The position numbers were made by a program, and so were the translations under genes. Below are positions 10,259-21,005 of a stretch of DNA of 64,000 nucleotides, one piece after another. Location: NCBI GenBank assembly GCA_004764695.1, contig SMSO01000035.1:4621104-4685103 (forward strand). The letters run 5' to 3'. Numbering within the stretch: the stretch's first letter is position 1; every line of letters begins with the position of its first letter. Under the pieces are notes generated by a model. The model was not told where the DNA came from, searched no databases, and was given only the letters and a program-made list of their open reading frames with translations. This stretch comes from Schizochytrium sp. TIO01 (Eukaryota; Protista; Bigyra: Labyrinthulomycetes).

Positions 10259-13200
10259 TTATTCAAACTTGTAGGTAGACCAACCCTTAAGACCTTCTGC
10301 AAAGCGAGTGCTTTCGTTACCAGCAACAGCTACGCAGCCCTGGCGACCCTCCGGGCCTTCGCCAAGGAAGAGATCAGGGTTCTCAGCGTACTTACCAAGA
10401 TGGCGCACAGCTGCGTCCACCAGCTTGGCCTTGTCGAGCTCAAAGAAGCGAGCACGGTTAGCAAGACGATCTTCCTGAGAGACACCGTGGACAAAAGGTC
10501 CAGTACCCTTGGTGCTTACGCTCTGCGGGGCATCAAGGCTGCCAAAAACGGAAAGAATAGCCTCTTCCACGTCCCTCTGAGTGAACTTGCCTCCATCGCA
10601 GAGCCACTGGAGGGCCTCGCCGAACACGCGAAGAGTATCGTCAGAGTTCGGGTCATAGTAGGAGTGCATCATGAAGAGACCGCCAAGGTCGTGAGAGGCA
10701 CCACCGCCATATGCGCCTCCCTGTTCACGAATGCGTTGGTGCAAGAAGTTAGTGGAGGCGATTTGGGACAGCACCATCATGGCTGCATCATCCTCATGGC
10801 CCCAACGAACCTCGGTTGGCAGAGCAGCTGTGCAGTTGTGAACAGAAATCGAAAGAGGGATGTAAGTGGCATCCATCTTGTTCCTGGCCTCGATGCTTGC
10901 AAGGACGCCAGCACCTGCGCCACCGGCAGGCAAGTCAGCAGTTTCACCATTGTGAACCTTGAGGCGATCCCAGAGCCCAAGCAAGGAAGAGCGAACACCG
11001 GCCTCGTCAATTTCGTTACCACCAGCGACAACGTTCATGGTGATGGCCTCCTCACGGAAGACAGCGGCCATTAGAGCCTGAAGGCGCTCAGCAGTGCCAG
11101 CAGGGTCCTCGACGCAGCGCTTGAGGACGCCAATCTGAGAAAGTCCAGCTAAAGCCTCACGCTTGGCATGCTCTCCGCCGAGGGAAGCCATCGACCAGCG
11201 GCGGGCATAGCCAAGAGCATCGTTGGAAAGGCCGGAAGTGGCAGAGTTGAGGTTTGTGGCCAAGATACTTTCCACGTGGTGCAAGTTCGAGGAGAAGTTC
11301 GAGGAGGTCAGCATCTCGCTCACGAGATCCACAGTGCGGTCGAGGTTGCGAGCAAGCGTACGGGAAGACACGGACATGCATTCACGGTACTGGGTCAGTC
11401 CACTGAAGGAGTCTGCAAGACGGTGGTTGCCGGGAGCAAGTGGGTTAGACTCGCCACCCTTGCCATACCACGAAAGGACTGAGGCACCAACACCAACACC
11501 ACCGCAGGTGAGACCAAGGTCGACGTTGAGGTCTTGATAAGAGTGCTTCTCAGTGTCGACATTTCCAATAAGAGTTCCAAGGAGCGGGAGAAGGGGCTTC
11601 AGATCAGCAGGCACCTGAGAAACATCAAAGAGAGCGCGAAAGTAAACAACGCCATTGGTCTTTTGGTCTTGGACCCACGAAAAGCGGCGGCCGAGCTCAG
11701 TGGAGGCGTCTACGCTGACAAGTTCCTGTGGAATACGAGGAATGTCACTCACGGAGAGTGTTGGGAGGCATGATACATCCTGTTCGGTTGCCTGAATCTC
11801 CTGAAGCTCCTGTGCGATACGGTCCATGTTTTCCCAATCTCCTGGGGAAAGTTTCTTGGCACGCTCTACCAGCTCGTCGCGCTCCTTGTCAGCGAGCTTT
11901 TGGGTGTAGTGCTCGTCAGGCTTCATGACAAAGCTCATGATGTCATCACGAAGCTTGAGCTCACCAGTGGTCTCGTCAGTAACGAGGAAGAACCTCTTCA
12001 CGGCGTCCTGCCAAAACTTGGGGTTTTCTTCAATTTCCTTCTTGAGACGAGCCATCTTGGCATCAACAGTCATACTTTCATTAAGGGATTTCATGAAGTC
12101 ATGCTCAGAGAAAGGAGCGTGTGCAAAGGCGCTCGACACGGCGTACATGATCATGAGACCAAAATTAGTACGTGGCTGCTTCATAGCAAGCTCAGTCTGG
12201 TGTTGAATAGCCTCCACTCTGCGCGGGTCAAATCCCTCGTCAGCAACCTGCACCAGCGTCTTTGTGATGGCATCTCGCACGCGTTCAATGCTCTCAGAAT
12301 CATCAGAAATGCCTTGCACTCCAATACTCACAAACGGATGCATCGTAGATCCATCATAGCCAGTTCCCGGTGCATAATCCGGAGCGAGCTGTGAGTCCAC
12401 AAGTGCCGCATATAGCGGAGCACTAGCGCCATCCAGCAGAAGCGACGATAGCACTCGTCCTACGAGGTGCTGGTATTCGATGTCATGGCGGTCTTGGTCC
12501 AGTGCCCTCACTAGTGAGAACTTGGCCTGGCGGTCAAGCGGAACCATGACTTCCGAGGGTCCAGTTACCTCCACACTCTTTGGGATTTTCTCTCTGTGCA
12601 CACGCGAGGTGGCGAGCACTTGCCGCACGTCAAAGGACGGCTGGGAGTACTCAAAGCGCTCAAGAGCGTTTTTCTGCACACGCTGGAGGTGCTCCTCGAG
12701 AGGGAGGTCACCATAGGAGAAGAAGAGCGCATTGCTGGGGTGGTAGTGGAGGCGGTGAAAGTTGACCAGGTCCTTGTGGGATAGCTTTGCGATAGCAGAG
12801 GGCTCGCCACCGCTTATGTTAGCATAGGTGGTGCCGGGAAGCGTGGCCTCCTGGAGACGATAGTGAAAGAGAGTGGCGGCGTCGCCAAGAGTACCTTTCA
12901 TTTCGTTATAGACAATTCCAGTGCGAACAATAGCATCGGAGTTGTCGGGATCACGCTCAAGGCGGTGGCCTTCCTGCATGAAGTCCATCTTATCCAGCTT
13001 GGGGAAGAGAGTCGCGTCGAGGTAGACATCCATCAGGTTTGCAAAATCCTGCTCGTTGAGAGTAGCAAAAGGGTACATGGTGTGGTCGCTAGCGGTCATG
13101 GCGTTCATGAACGTGTTGAGACTACGCTTAATCATGTTGAAGAAAGGGTCGCGCACAGGAAAGCGCTCGGAGCCGCACAAAACTGTGTGCTCGAGGATGT

Positions 13201-13495
13201 GCGGGAGGCCCGTGGAGTCTGTGGCGGGCGTTCGGAAAGCCACGCAGAAGACGTTGTTGGTGTCATCACAGTCCACGTGAAGGTATCTAGCTGCAGTAGC
13301 CGTGTGCTCGAGGTGGTATGCCACCAGGTCGAACTCTGGCACCTCTACGACCTGCTTTACTTCAAAGCCATGCTTGCTGCCGCCCTCAACCATCCAGGCA
13401 GCCGGTGCCGCGCGATTCGCACCGCGACGCGAGGCTGCCTTTGCAGCCTCCGCGGCGGCGCTTGCGCCTGAGCTTAGGAACCTACGCCCGGACAT
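10259..13495 (-). CDS. PITRM1: Mitochondrial presequence protease (M16C; PreP/Cym1)
   Basis: STGLPHILEHTVLCGSERFPVRDPFFNM (HxxEH), SLNTFMNAMT, GIVYNEMKG and IREQGGAYGGGA. Arg/Ala/Ser-rich N-terminal presequence. About 1078 aa from ATG 13495. Confidence 0.95.
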   Translation of the reverse strand: MSGRRFLSSGASAAAEAAKAASRRGANRAAPAAWMVEGGSKHGFEVKQVVEVPEFDLVAYHLEHTATAARYLHVDCDDTNNVFCVAFRTPATDSTGLPHILEHTVLCGSERFPVRDPFFNMIKRSLNTFMNAMTASDHTMYPFATLNEQDFANLMDVYLDATLFPKLDKMDFMQEGHRLERDPDNSDAIVRTGIVYNEMKGTLGDAATLFHYRLQEATLPGTTYANISGGEPSAIAKLSHKDLVNFHRLHYHPSNALFFSYGDLPLEEHLQRVQKNALERFEYSQPSFDVRQVLATSRVHREKIPKSVEVTGPSEVMVPLDRQAKFSLVRALDQDRHDIEYQHLVGRVLSSLLLDGASAPLYAALVDSQLAPDYAPGTGYDGSTMHPFVSIGVQGISDDSESIERVRDAITKTLVQVADEGFDPRRVEAIQHQTELAMKQPRTNFGLMIMYAVSSAFAHAPFSEHDFMKSLNESMTVDAKMARLKKEIEENPKFWQDAVKRFFLVTDETTGELKLRDDIMSFVMKPDEHYTQKLADKERDELVERAKKLSPGDWENMDRIAQELQEIQATEQDVSCLPTLSVSDIPRIPQELVSVDASTELGRRFSWVQDQKTNGVVYFRALFDVSQVPADLKPLLPLLGTLIGNVDTEKHSYQDLNVDLGLTCGGVGVGASVLSWYGKGGESNPLAPGNHRLADSFSGLTQYRECMSVSSRTLARNLDRTVDLVSEMLTSSNFSSNLHHVESILATNLNSATSGLSNDALGYARRWSMASLGGEHAKREALAGLSQIGVLKRCVEDPAGTAERLQALMAAVFREEAITMNVVAGGNEIDEAGVRSSLLGLWDRLKVHNGETADLPAGGAGAGVLASIEARNKMDATYIPLSISVHNCTAALPTEVRWGHEDDAAMMVLSQIASTNFLHQRIREQGGAYGGGASHDLGGLFMMHSYYDPNSDDTLRVFGEALQWLCDGGKFTQRDVEEAILSVFGSLDAPQSVSTKGTGPFVHGVSQEDRLANRARFFELDKAKLVDAAVRHLGKYAENPDLFLGEGPEGRQGCVAVAGNESTRFAEGLKGWSTYKFE

Positions 13496-14752
13496 GTTTA
13501 CTGCGCTGCGATGCGCGTTCAATCAAGGTCTGCTGCGCTTCTTCGATTGATCATCCATTTCATTTCACAGCATTTCATTTCATTTCATTTCATTTTTTCA
13601 TTCGTTCGGATTGATCATGATTTTCCGCACTTGAAAACTCTCTCAATCCGAAGATAGAATTCATACAGGTGGACAGGAAATAAGCTGTTTAGAGCATCAT
13701 CACGCTCGATCGATATCTGTTCATCGCACTGTGAATCGAAATTGACGATCTCCCGAAATTATCTTCTTTCCATCAGTATAGCGCTCACTAGGAATGACTT
13801 CAAGTAGAGTGCTTTGCTTTTCTTTTCTTTTGAGGGGCGTTCTTCGCGTTGCTTCTTATATGGAAGATTACAATTTGAACTATAAGTACTCTCTAGTGTA
13901 GTAGTAGAGGTACACATATATTGAGGGAAGCCAAGTAGATGTGACCACTAACAAACCAATACAAGCATCAGGAGACGTGGTCAAGGTATGGGCTAGAGAA
14001 GACGAAATTATGAACAAGGAAATGCCACAACCAATAAACAGCTGCCAGAATATCCTGCGAGTTACAGCAAACTGATTGACCAACATCTGACTGAAATATT
14101 TAGTGATCATCCGTTGGATGTAGAAGGAAAGCCAAACATGAATTTTTAGAATAACGTGAAAGTAGGCGGTGCTGCACAATTTCAGTACAAAGGGGGAGAT
14201 ACTTTATTCTTTTCTTAAATCTAGTGCATTCAAGTTGTCAAATGGATGGATTGTTGAAATAAATGAACTCCTTCCTTTTGGTCGTCTTTTGCTCTTCATC
14301 TTTTTCTTTACCTCTATACCAGCATGGAACCCATCCATTTCATCGTTGTTAAAGTATGATCAATCGCAAGACGTAAAGCTACATCAGTGAGTGAGTTGTC
14401 AATCTTGAAGCCTCAGTGAACATAGAATATAATTGAAAAGAGATATTTTTAAAATGAACTGGGCTCTCTTTTCTATCGTACTACATAATAAACCTGAAAT
14501 GAAGTATCCAGAAATCTAGGAGGGCAACGTTGAGAGACAAACTCTGAACCAGAACAAGACGTGCCTTCAGGACCCGAAGCTTGCGAACGCCACAAGAACG
14601 ACAGATGCGATCCATGATATGAGGAATTATGAAATCTCACGAAATCAGAAAAAACGTACAGGTAGGTACTTTTATAGAACTAAATTACTCTAGAGTACTG
14701 TGCACAGATCAACAATGTAGAACTCAAACAGGTGAATCCAGGCGGTTGGAAA

Positions 14753-15925
14753 ATGGCCTGCACTTGGGCTGCGGCATGGGTCGCGATCTGCCTTGCTTTG
14801 TTGTCAGCAACGGGGGCAAGGGCTGATGGGTTTGACGAACTTGCCTCTTGGGTACGCCAAAACGACGGCCGGATTGATCGTAGGCTCGAGGTCCGGGCCG
14901 ATGAGAATGGACTTCGAGGCGTGTTCGCCAAGGCAATGATTCAGGATAAAACAGAGGTTATGGTGCTGCCATGGTCACTGGTCATTGGTAACAGCTCGTG
15001 GGCAAACCCTATCTCAGATCTTTGCGGGCTTGTATCTGAGTATCAGGCAATTTTGGAACGTGGCGACGATGAAAACAACTTTCACCAGCCGTATGCAAGT
15101 ATGGAGGCGAAGGATATCTTTCGCCACCCTGCTTTATGGACTGAAGAAACTCGCATGGAGCTCCAGGGCTTGCCTCCACAGGATACATCCCGCCACGTAG
15201 ACTGGTTTCTATCAACTTGTGAGAAAGGGCCTGCCACTTCCATCCGAGATTTGCCACTTGCGCGTCAGCGTGCATTCATAGTACTTATTTCCCGTGCTAG
15301 CGATCGCGGACTCATCCCTGGCTACGATCTTTTGAACCATCATAACGGATTGTTGAATGTTCGGATAGAAACTCGCAAAGCCAACATCGCTTTGGTGACA
15401 GTAAAGAAGGTACATGCTGGCGAACAGCTTTATCTTTCATATGGCTCCGGGTGGTCTTACGAGATCTTCCGCGATTATGGCTTCGTGGAGGAATGGCCTC
15501 AGCTATGGGGATGGCCCGTATCACCCTTTGAGCCAGACTTTGGGAACAATAAGTTTTTAGTCCTCCCTGGTGAGGTTGTAGAGTTACTTCCTCCAAAAGA
15601 ACGAACCATTTCTTCCCTCCCTCTGGAGCAGCGAATTGAGCATGCAAAGCAATGGACCGCCGGTCTGTTGCGTGAGGATTGTATGAAGTTTAAAAAATCT
15701 GCAGAAAATCTCCTCGCATCTCTTCCAACCACAGCAGATGAAGATGAAATAATTATCCAAGAGATGACAGCAAAGCAAGATGCACTAGATAACGAAGGCT
15801 TGGATGTTGTCGACGCGGTCCGTTATCGGTTAGCATTTAAACGTGCTGTACAGCTTGCTTTGAAGACGGCCCAAGCTAAGCTTGAAAACGATGGAGGCAC
15901 AACTCTTTCGCGAGATGAATTATAA
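14753..15925 (+). CDS. SET-domain protein lysine methyltransferase (Rubisco LSMT/SETD3/SETD6 class) with signal peptide and C-terminal RDEL
   Basis: GLRGVFA, LIPGYDLLNHH, GEQLYLSYG, FRDYGF and an LSMT-like helical tail (LPTTADEDE...VRYRLAFKR). N-terminus AAAWVAICLALLSATGARA, C-terminus SRDEL*. Confidence 0.88.
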   Translation: MACTWAAAWVAICLALLSATGARADGFDELASWVRQNDGRIDRRLEVRADENGLRGVFAKAMIQDKTEVMVLPWSLVIGNSSWANPISDLCGLVSEYQAILERGDDENNFHQPYASMEAKDIFRHPALWTEETRMELQGLPPQDTSRHVDWFLSTCEKGPATSIRDLPLARQRAFIVLISRASDRGLIPGYDLLNHHNGLLNVRIETRKANIALVTVKKVHAGEQLYLSYGSGWSYEIFRDYGFVEEWPQLWGWPVSPFEPDFGNNKFLVLPGEVVELLPPKERTISSLPLEQRIEHAKQWTAGLLREDCMKFKKSAENLLASLPTTADEDEIIIQEMTAKQDALDNEGLDVVDAVRYRLAFKRAVQLALKTAQAKLENDGGTTLSRDEL

Positions 15926-16109
15926 GTTTCCGGCGTTGTGAAATCGACATATTACAAAATAATATTGTTAGCATGCCATCAAATCCTCTTTTTCGTTTTG
16001 CTTCCTTTACCCGGGATGTGTTTAGGTAGACACGGCCAGAGTAGAGAGAATGAGTCACAATACTACATGAAATATAAAATGATATGACTTTGAGTTACAG
16101 TTGGAAAAA

Positions 16110-16955
16110 TTAAGCATAGATTTTGTCGTCAGAGTGAACAACCTCCTCATCAAAAACGGGAGGGGGAAGAGAGGACATAAGAGGGACTTCTGGAATTACA
16201 ACCTCAAAGGTCTTGCCACTTTCGACGTCCTCAAAAAGAAACGACCCTTCCATAGTTCCAGACTTTGAGGTTAATTCTGCACCGCTCACATACTCGAAGA
16301 CTTGACCGCTGTCGTGCGACATGTGAAGAAGCTCTGGATAGAGGCCAACGACACCTTCAGCAAAGCGAGGCACTGAGGCCTCGATATCACCTTTGCCATT
16401 GCGAAAGATCCAGTGACGACCCACGAGACGGTACACAGCGCGCGGATTCTTGCCAACGTTGGAGGCTCGCACGCGGTAAATAAACCATGAAGAGTCATCT
16501 GTGTTTGAAGAGTTTGTTGTGGTAATCTCAATACGAACGCCCTCTTTGGAGACACCGACGTGGGATGAAGTGACCATGCGATAAAATGTCGGAAGCCATT
16601 GCAAGACACGTGATGATCGCTCCATAACTGCCATGCCGGCATCAACATTCTTGAAGTGCGACCGGGTAAGACCGACAAGGTCCCGGTAGGTAACGACAGG
16701 ATCCTCTTGATCCTTAACCTCGGTAAGCTTATCAGCCCACGCTTCGCAGAGGTCTGGCTCAAGGGCCATCTTTTCCTGCCACATTTCCACACGGTCTTGC
16801 AAGGTTGGTGAACGCATTAGCATACGACCAGTGCCAAAATGTTCTTCTGCGATGGGGTCCGGAATGAGAGTCGGAGACATCTTTGTCCATTGTCCGGTGC
16901 CGCTGTGTCGTAACTCACGTACAATGACGCGGTACATAGTCTTGGCCAAGCTCAT
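16110..16955 (-). CDS. ApaG (DUF525) domain protein, probably mitochondrial
   Basis: WFIYRVRASN, LVGRHWIF, GVVGLYPEL and FEYVSGAELTSKSGTMEGSF match the ApaG signature. ATG at 16955. Confidence 0.85.
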   Translation of the reverse strand: MSLAKTMYRVIVRELRHSGTGQWTKMSPTLIPDPIAEEHFGTGRMLMRSPTLQDRVEMWQEKMALEPDLCEAWADKLTEVKDQEDPVVTYRDLVGLTRSHFKNVDAGMAVMERSSRVLQWLPTFYRMVTSSHVGVSKEGVRIEITTTNSSNTDDSSWFIYRVRASNVGKNPRAVYRLVGRHWIFRNGKGDIEASVPRFAEGVVGLYPELLHMSHDSGQVFEYVSGAELTSKSGTMEGSFLFEDVESGKTFEVVIPEVPLMSSLPPPVFDEEVVHSDDKIYA

Positions 16956-18937
16956 GATGTTGTGATTGAATGACGGAAACGGAAAGCGATCCACTTGCTC
17001 CTTTTCTGCGTATACGGATGAGTTTGCAACCCTAGACAGGTCGATTCTCTGTTTCCCTATCTCTGAGACTTAGGAAGTAAGTACGCTGAATGAGGTGGGC
17101 AAGGAGATAGTTTAGATGTCTGTGCTGTGATCCAATTTGCAATTTGTAACGAATAAAGCACGCAGATGTTAGTTTATTAATGTTTTACGCACAAAACACA
17201 ACACCGAGCAACCAACCAACCAACACGCTATCAAGAAATATCCTGAATTCCACGAGTCCGACACCCACCCCTTCACCCCGCCCCTTTTTCATGGTATATT
17301 CGCTATCTATGAGCAGGATGGAATCGATGATGAGCCCAGCCCATTCATCCAACTGTCACAAAGAAGCATGCTGACGAAAGTTCAAACTAATAAACTAAAG
17401 TCCAAGATCAGCGCCTCAGCCCAAGCCCAAGTTCTAGGCCCGAGCTCAATCTAAAGCTGAGTTTCACCTCTGGTACTCTCACTACCGTTTTAGCGGCCTC
17501 CCAATGCCGCTATTGACTGCCAGTGAGCATGAGCGTGGCACGAACAGTTTGCTCCAAAGTTTGGCACTTACCTTCTATCCTAGTCGGTTTGACGAAGCTC
17601 TGTCCCAGGCGTCGTAAGACCTCAACAACGGCACGAACGAACGAACGATTCGCGGCGGTCGATAGGTCGATCGGTTGATTGATGATTTGAGGTTTGGACG
17701 CCTCAAAAGAAGAAGAAGAAGAAGAAGGAGACTGGGAATTGATTGGAATTGAATCGAGAAGAAATATTCAATTTATTTATTTTTTAATTAAAAAATACTC
17801 TTAATTAAAAGCTACATGAAAGTGATAGAAATGAATACTAAATATGTCTCCGAAAAACAGCACCAACAAACAGAATAAGAAGTTCCTATAAATTCATCGT
17901 CGTCATCTTCTTCTAGGCCCAGGAAAGACCAGGAGAACAGAAAGCCAAGCTATCCAAACGAAGGAAACACCCAAAGAAAGCCGAGCCAGCGGCGATTACG
18001 CGAGGCCATTCGCTCTCCCACGGCCGGTGGAATGCAGCTTTTTCGAGGCAGATCTAAGCGAATAGCGGCGATTCTAGTCCTGCCCCTTACGTAGGACTTA
18101 CATACTGTATGGTAGCACTTGCCCTCTCACGTAAAGGTGTCGCGTTTCTTTCTTTCTTTCTTTCTTTCTTTCTTTCGAGTTCTTTCTTGCGTAAAGGAGA
18201 GTAAGTTCTTTCAACAGCCTTATACCCAAAACCTTAGTACCTATCTACCAGTATGTGCTTACGATAAAGGAGCAGGAGTGTGGATGATGTATTGTCCAGC
18301 TACTCTAAACCCTAGCACCTTTACTTCCTTCCTCTGGGAGGTTTTTGTTCCTCCCTCACATCACGTATCTTCCAACTGGGAAAACAGGGGAAACCAGGGG
18401 AGACAAAAACAACGCTAAGGCTCCCACAGCGGCGGTATTCTCCCAGACCCCCCACCTCCCCACACTGCTGTGCCTCCCTCACAAACCCCCAGTGGAGTGC
18501 AGTGGAAGCAGACTGATGCGCGGCTCTCAGAGCCCAAGGATTCACAGAGTCGAGGCCCGTTTGTGAGGGGCGCTCGTGAGGCAGTGGGCGCCCTCTCAGC
18601 CCACTGGGGCGTGACGTCGTAGGACATAAACAGCTCAGCCGCCGTTGGCTTTGCCGCTGCCTCCGCCGCTCTACCCGCCCCAAAGCCCCTGAGGTCGACC
18701 ATTGGCGGCCGTCAATGCGCCCCAGGGACCCTCCCGAGCGCCTCGACCCCGGCCTCCTCCGCCTGCGCCCTCCTGCTTCGCCACCTCTCGCCTCGCTTCC
18801 GCAGAGGAACCGCGGCGGAAGCGGGTGCGCGGGGTCCGGTATGCACGCGCCTCCCCGCCCGCCCCCCGTCAAGTACTATGGTGGTCACGATGGTCTCGCA
18901 GGCGGAGGAGACGTCGCTTCGATCGTCCAAAGTCGTC

Positions 18938-19041
18938 CAAAATTCAAAATTCAAAATTCAAGGTTCAAGATTCAAAATTCAAAATTCAAAATTGAAATTG
19001 AAAACTCAAAACTCAAAATTCAAAACTCGAAACTCGAAACT
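18938..19041. repeat. (AAAATTC)n degenerate 7-bp tandem repeat
   Basis: Directly visible run of AAAATTC/AAACTCG units. Confidence 0.9.
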
Positions 19042-20697
19042 CGCGATGGAATTGGAGATTGAGACCGCGAGAGAAGGCCGCGAGTGAGCGTGGCGGAAGG
19101 ACTTGGGCGAAGGCGGCGACGTGGACGACGGCCGAAATTGTGTGGGCCGAGGTGTGCGAGGATCACAGGAAGTGGCTCGAAGAGAGGGGGCTCTGTCTTC
19201 CAGGATCTTCATTTTGGAGTGCTCTCTTCCTCTGCCTTGTGCTCCTTTCTTCGTTCAGAGGCCGCGGAAGAAGGCGGCGATGACGACCGCGTGGATTTGA
19301 TTTGGGTGGAGGCGGGCGCCTTGGCCATCGGTTTGCGGCTGCAGGCGATGATGCTGCTGGTTGCTCGACTGGAGGGCGGCTAGTTCTGTAGTTTTGCGGT
19401 TCTGAGGTTTTGCAGTTTTGCGGTGGTTTTGCGGTTCTGCAGTTTTGGGGTTTGACTGCGCTGCTCTCAGGTGCAGACAGCTGTGACCGCGCCGGTGACG
19501 GGAGCCCTGAACTTGCTTCGAGAGCTGGGTAGGGAGCGTGCTGGTCTCCTCCGGGGGCGGGGGGGGGCTCAGGCGACTGCTTTGGTTGCTCGTATCTGCC
19601 CTGTGTTCGATGTCTTCGCTGCTGTGATTGGGCCAAGTTCTGCCGAGTTCCGCCAAGCCTCGCGAAGTGATGATGTCCTATCTTAGCTGCCTCGCAAGTT
19701 TTGGAGAACCCGTTTCTCGCTCGCTCGCAGAGTCAGTTTACTCGGGCCATGATGCAGCTAGCCCTCACGAAGGCATCTGCCTCAGCGCGCCGCCGGAGAG
19801 GCCGCTGGCATGTGCGGCTGAGGTCGGGTGGCTGAGGCAGCACGCGCGGCGCCTCCATGAGCGATGTGCATGCTGCCGCAGCGCAGCTTTTCGCAAGGTG
19901 GCTAGCTGGCAGAGCTACCCGTAGCAGAGGCGCTCTTGGGGCAGCCAGCGGACGCTCTTCGCGGGTCTATCGTCGCTGATGAAGAGACTGCAACGCTTGG
20001 CAAGATTGGCCATGCTGGCTGTGGCTGGAGAAAGCGCGTCGAGGATTGCTCAAACGAGCTCGGGGTTATGCTCACTCACCTCCTTGCAAAAAGTAAAGAA
20101 AAAGAGCGTGCTTCGAAGCTCCTGCTAGCTATGATCGCCGCAAAGCTTCTGCTTAGTCAGGCGCTTTGCAGCAGATCTCTTTCGAGCAGCACGAGAGAGG
20201 AGCGCTCGAATGGGAATTGTGCTGACGAACTGCGCAGGCACACTGCAGAAGAGTACCATGGCTCTGTCGTTTGGCGGAGGGAGTCTGTCTGAGCGAGCGA
20301 TCGTGAGTTGTTGCCTGACTTCCACATTTACTGCACTATTACAAGGGCTATCATAAATGTTCTTTAAAATAAAAGAAGGCTGAAAAGGCTACTATGAAAT
20401 TTACTATATAGTATAAGTATTGGTGTCATAACGTTCGCCTATAAAGTGAAACTATTTGAAGATTAGTATGAGCTTTGAAGGAAGCGTTGGGGTCATATCC
20501 AGTGAATAAAGTTCCAACTTCTGAGGTTTGAGGGTCGAGGCTGACGCTATTGTGTAACACGCTCACCAAGATGCACTTCACAATTCGAAGCCGGGTGAAG
20601 CTCAGAAGGGGAGATGCAGTTTTGAAAACGTACTTCTGCGATTTTCTAATATCGAAAGAATGAAATATAGCGGTTTCAGCTTTGGTAGAATTATGCA

Positions 20698-21005
20698 GAT
20701 GATAAACTACAGTGAATCCCTAGTTGAAAGCAAATAGTTGACGTGTTGAGTCGAAGATTAATTATTGTGCCTTGATCTAAAGATGACAAACTCGATGAAA
20801 TCTCTCAACAGTTGACGTATTGAGTCGAAGATAAATTCTTGTGACTCGGTCGGAAGAGGACAAATTACAATGCAATTCCTAATTTAAAGCAAAAGTTGCC
20901 ATATTGAGTGGAAGATGAATTCTTGGGCCTTGATCTGAAGATGACAAACTACAATGCAATTCCTGGTCTAAAGCAACAGTTGACCTAATGAGTCAAAAAT
21001 CAACT
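20698..21005. repeat. Degenerate ~84-bp tandem repeat, about 4 copies
   Basis: Recurring blocks AGATGACAAACTACAATG...AAAGCAA.AGTTGAC.TATTGAGTCGAAGAT.AATT.TTG.GCCTTGATCT. One unit has an internal deletion. Confidence 0.8.

Noticed and set aside
10247-13614. Long + strand ORFs (e.g. 10247-11074, 12863-13471)
   Set aside because: Antisense shadows of the presequence protease CDS caused by codon bias.
13880-14400. Hydrophobic minus-strand frame with one internal stop
   Set aside because: Could be a membrane-protein remnant, but there is no motif or splice evidence.
18305-18314. CTAAACCCTA, resembling a plant-type telomerase RNA template or telo-box
   Set aside because: A single 10-mer with no supporting promoter or structure, and it does not match the TTAGG telomere repeat I recall for this genus.
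20698-21005. Repeat array as a possible CRISPR
   Set aside because: The units are similar along their whole length with no unique spacers, there are no cas genes, and the context is eukaryotic.
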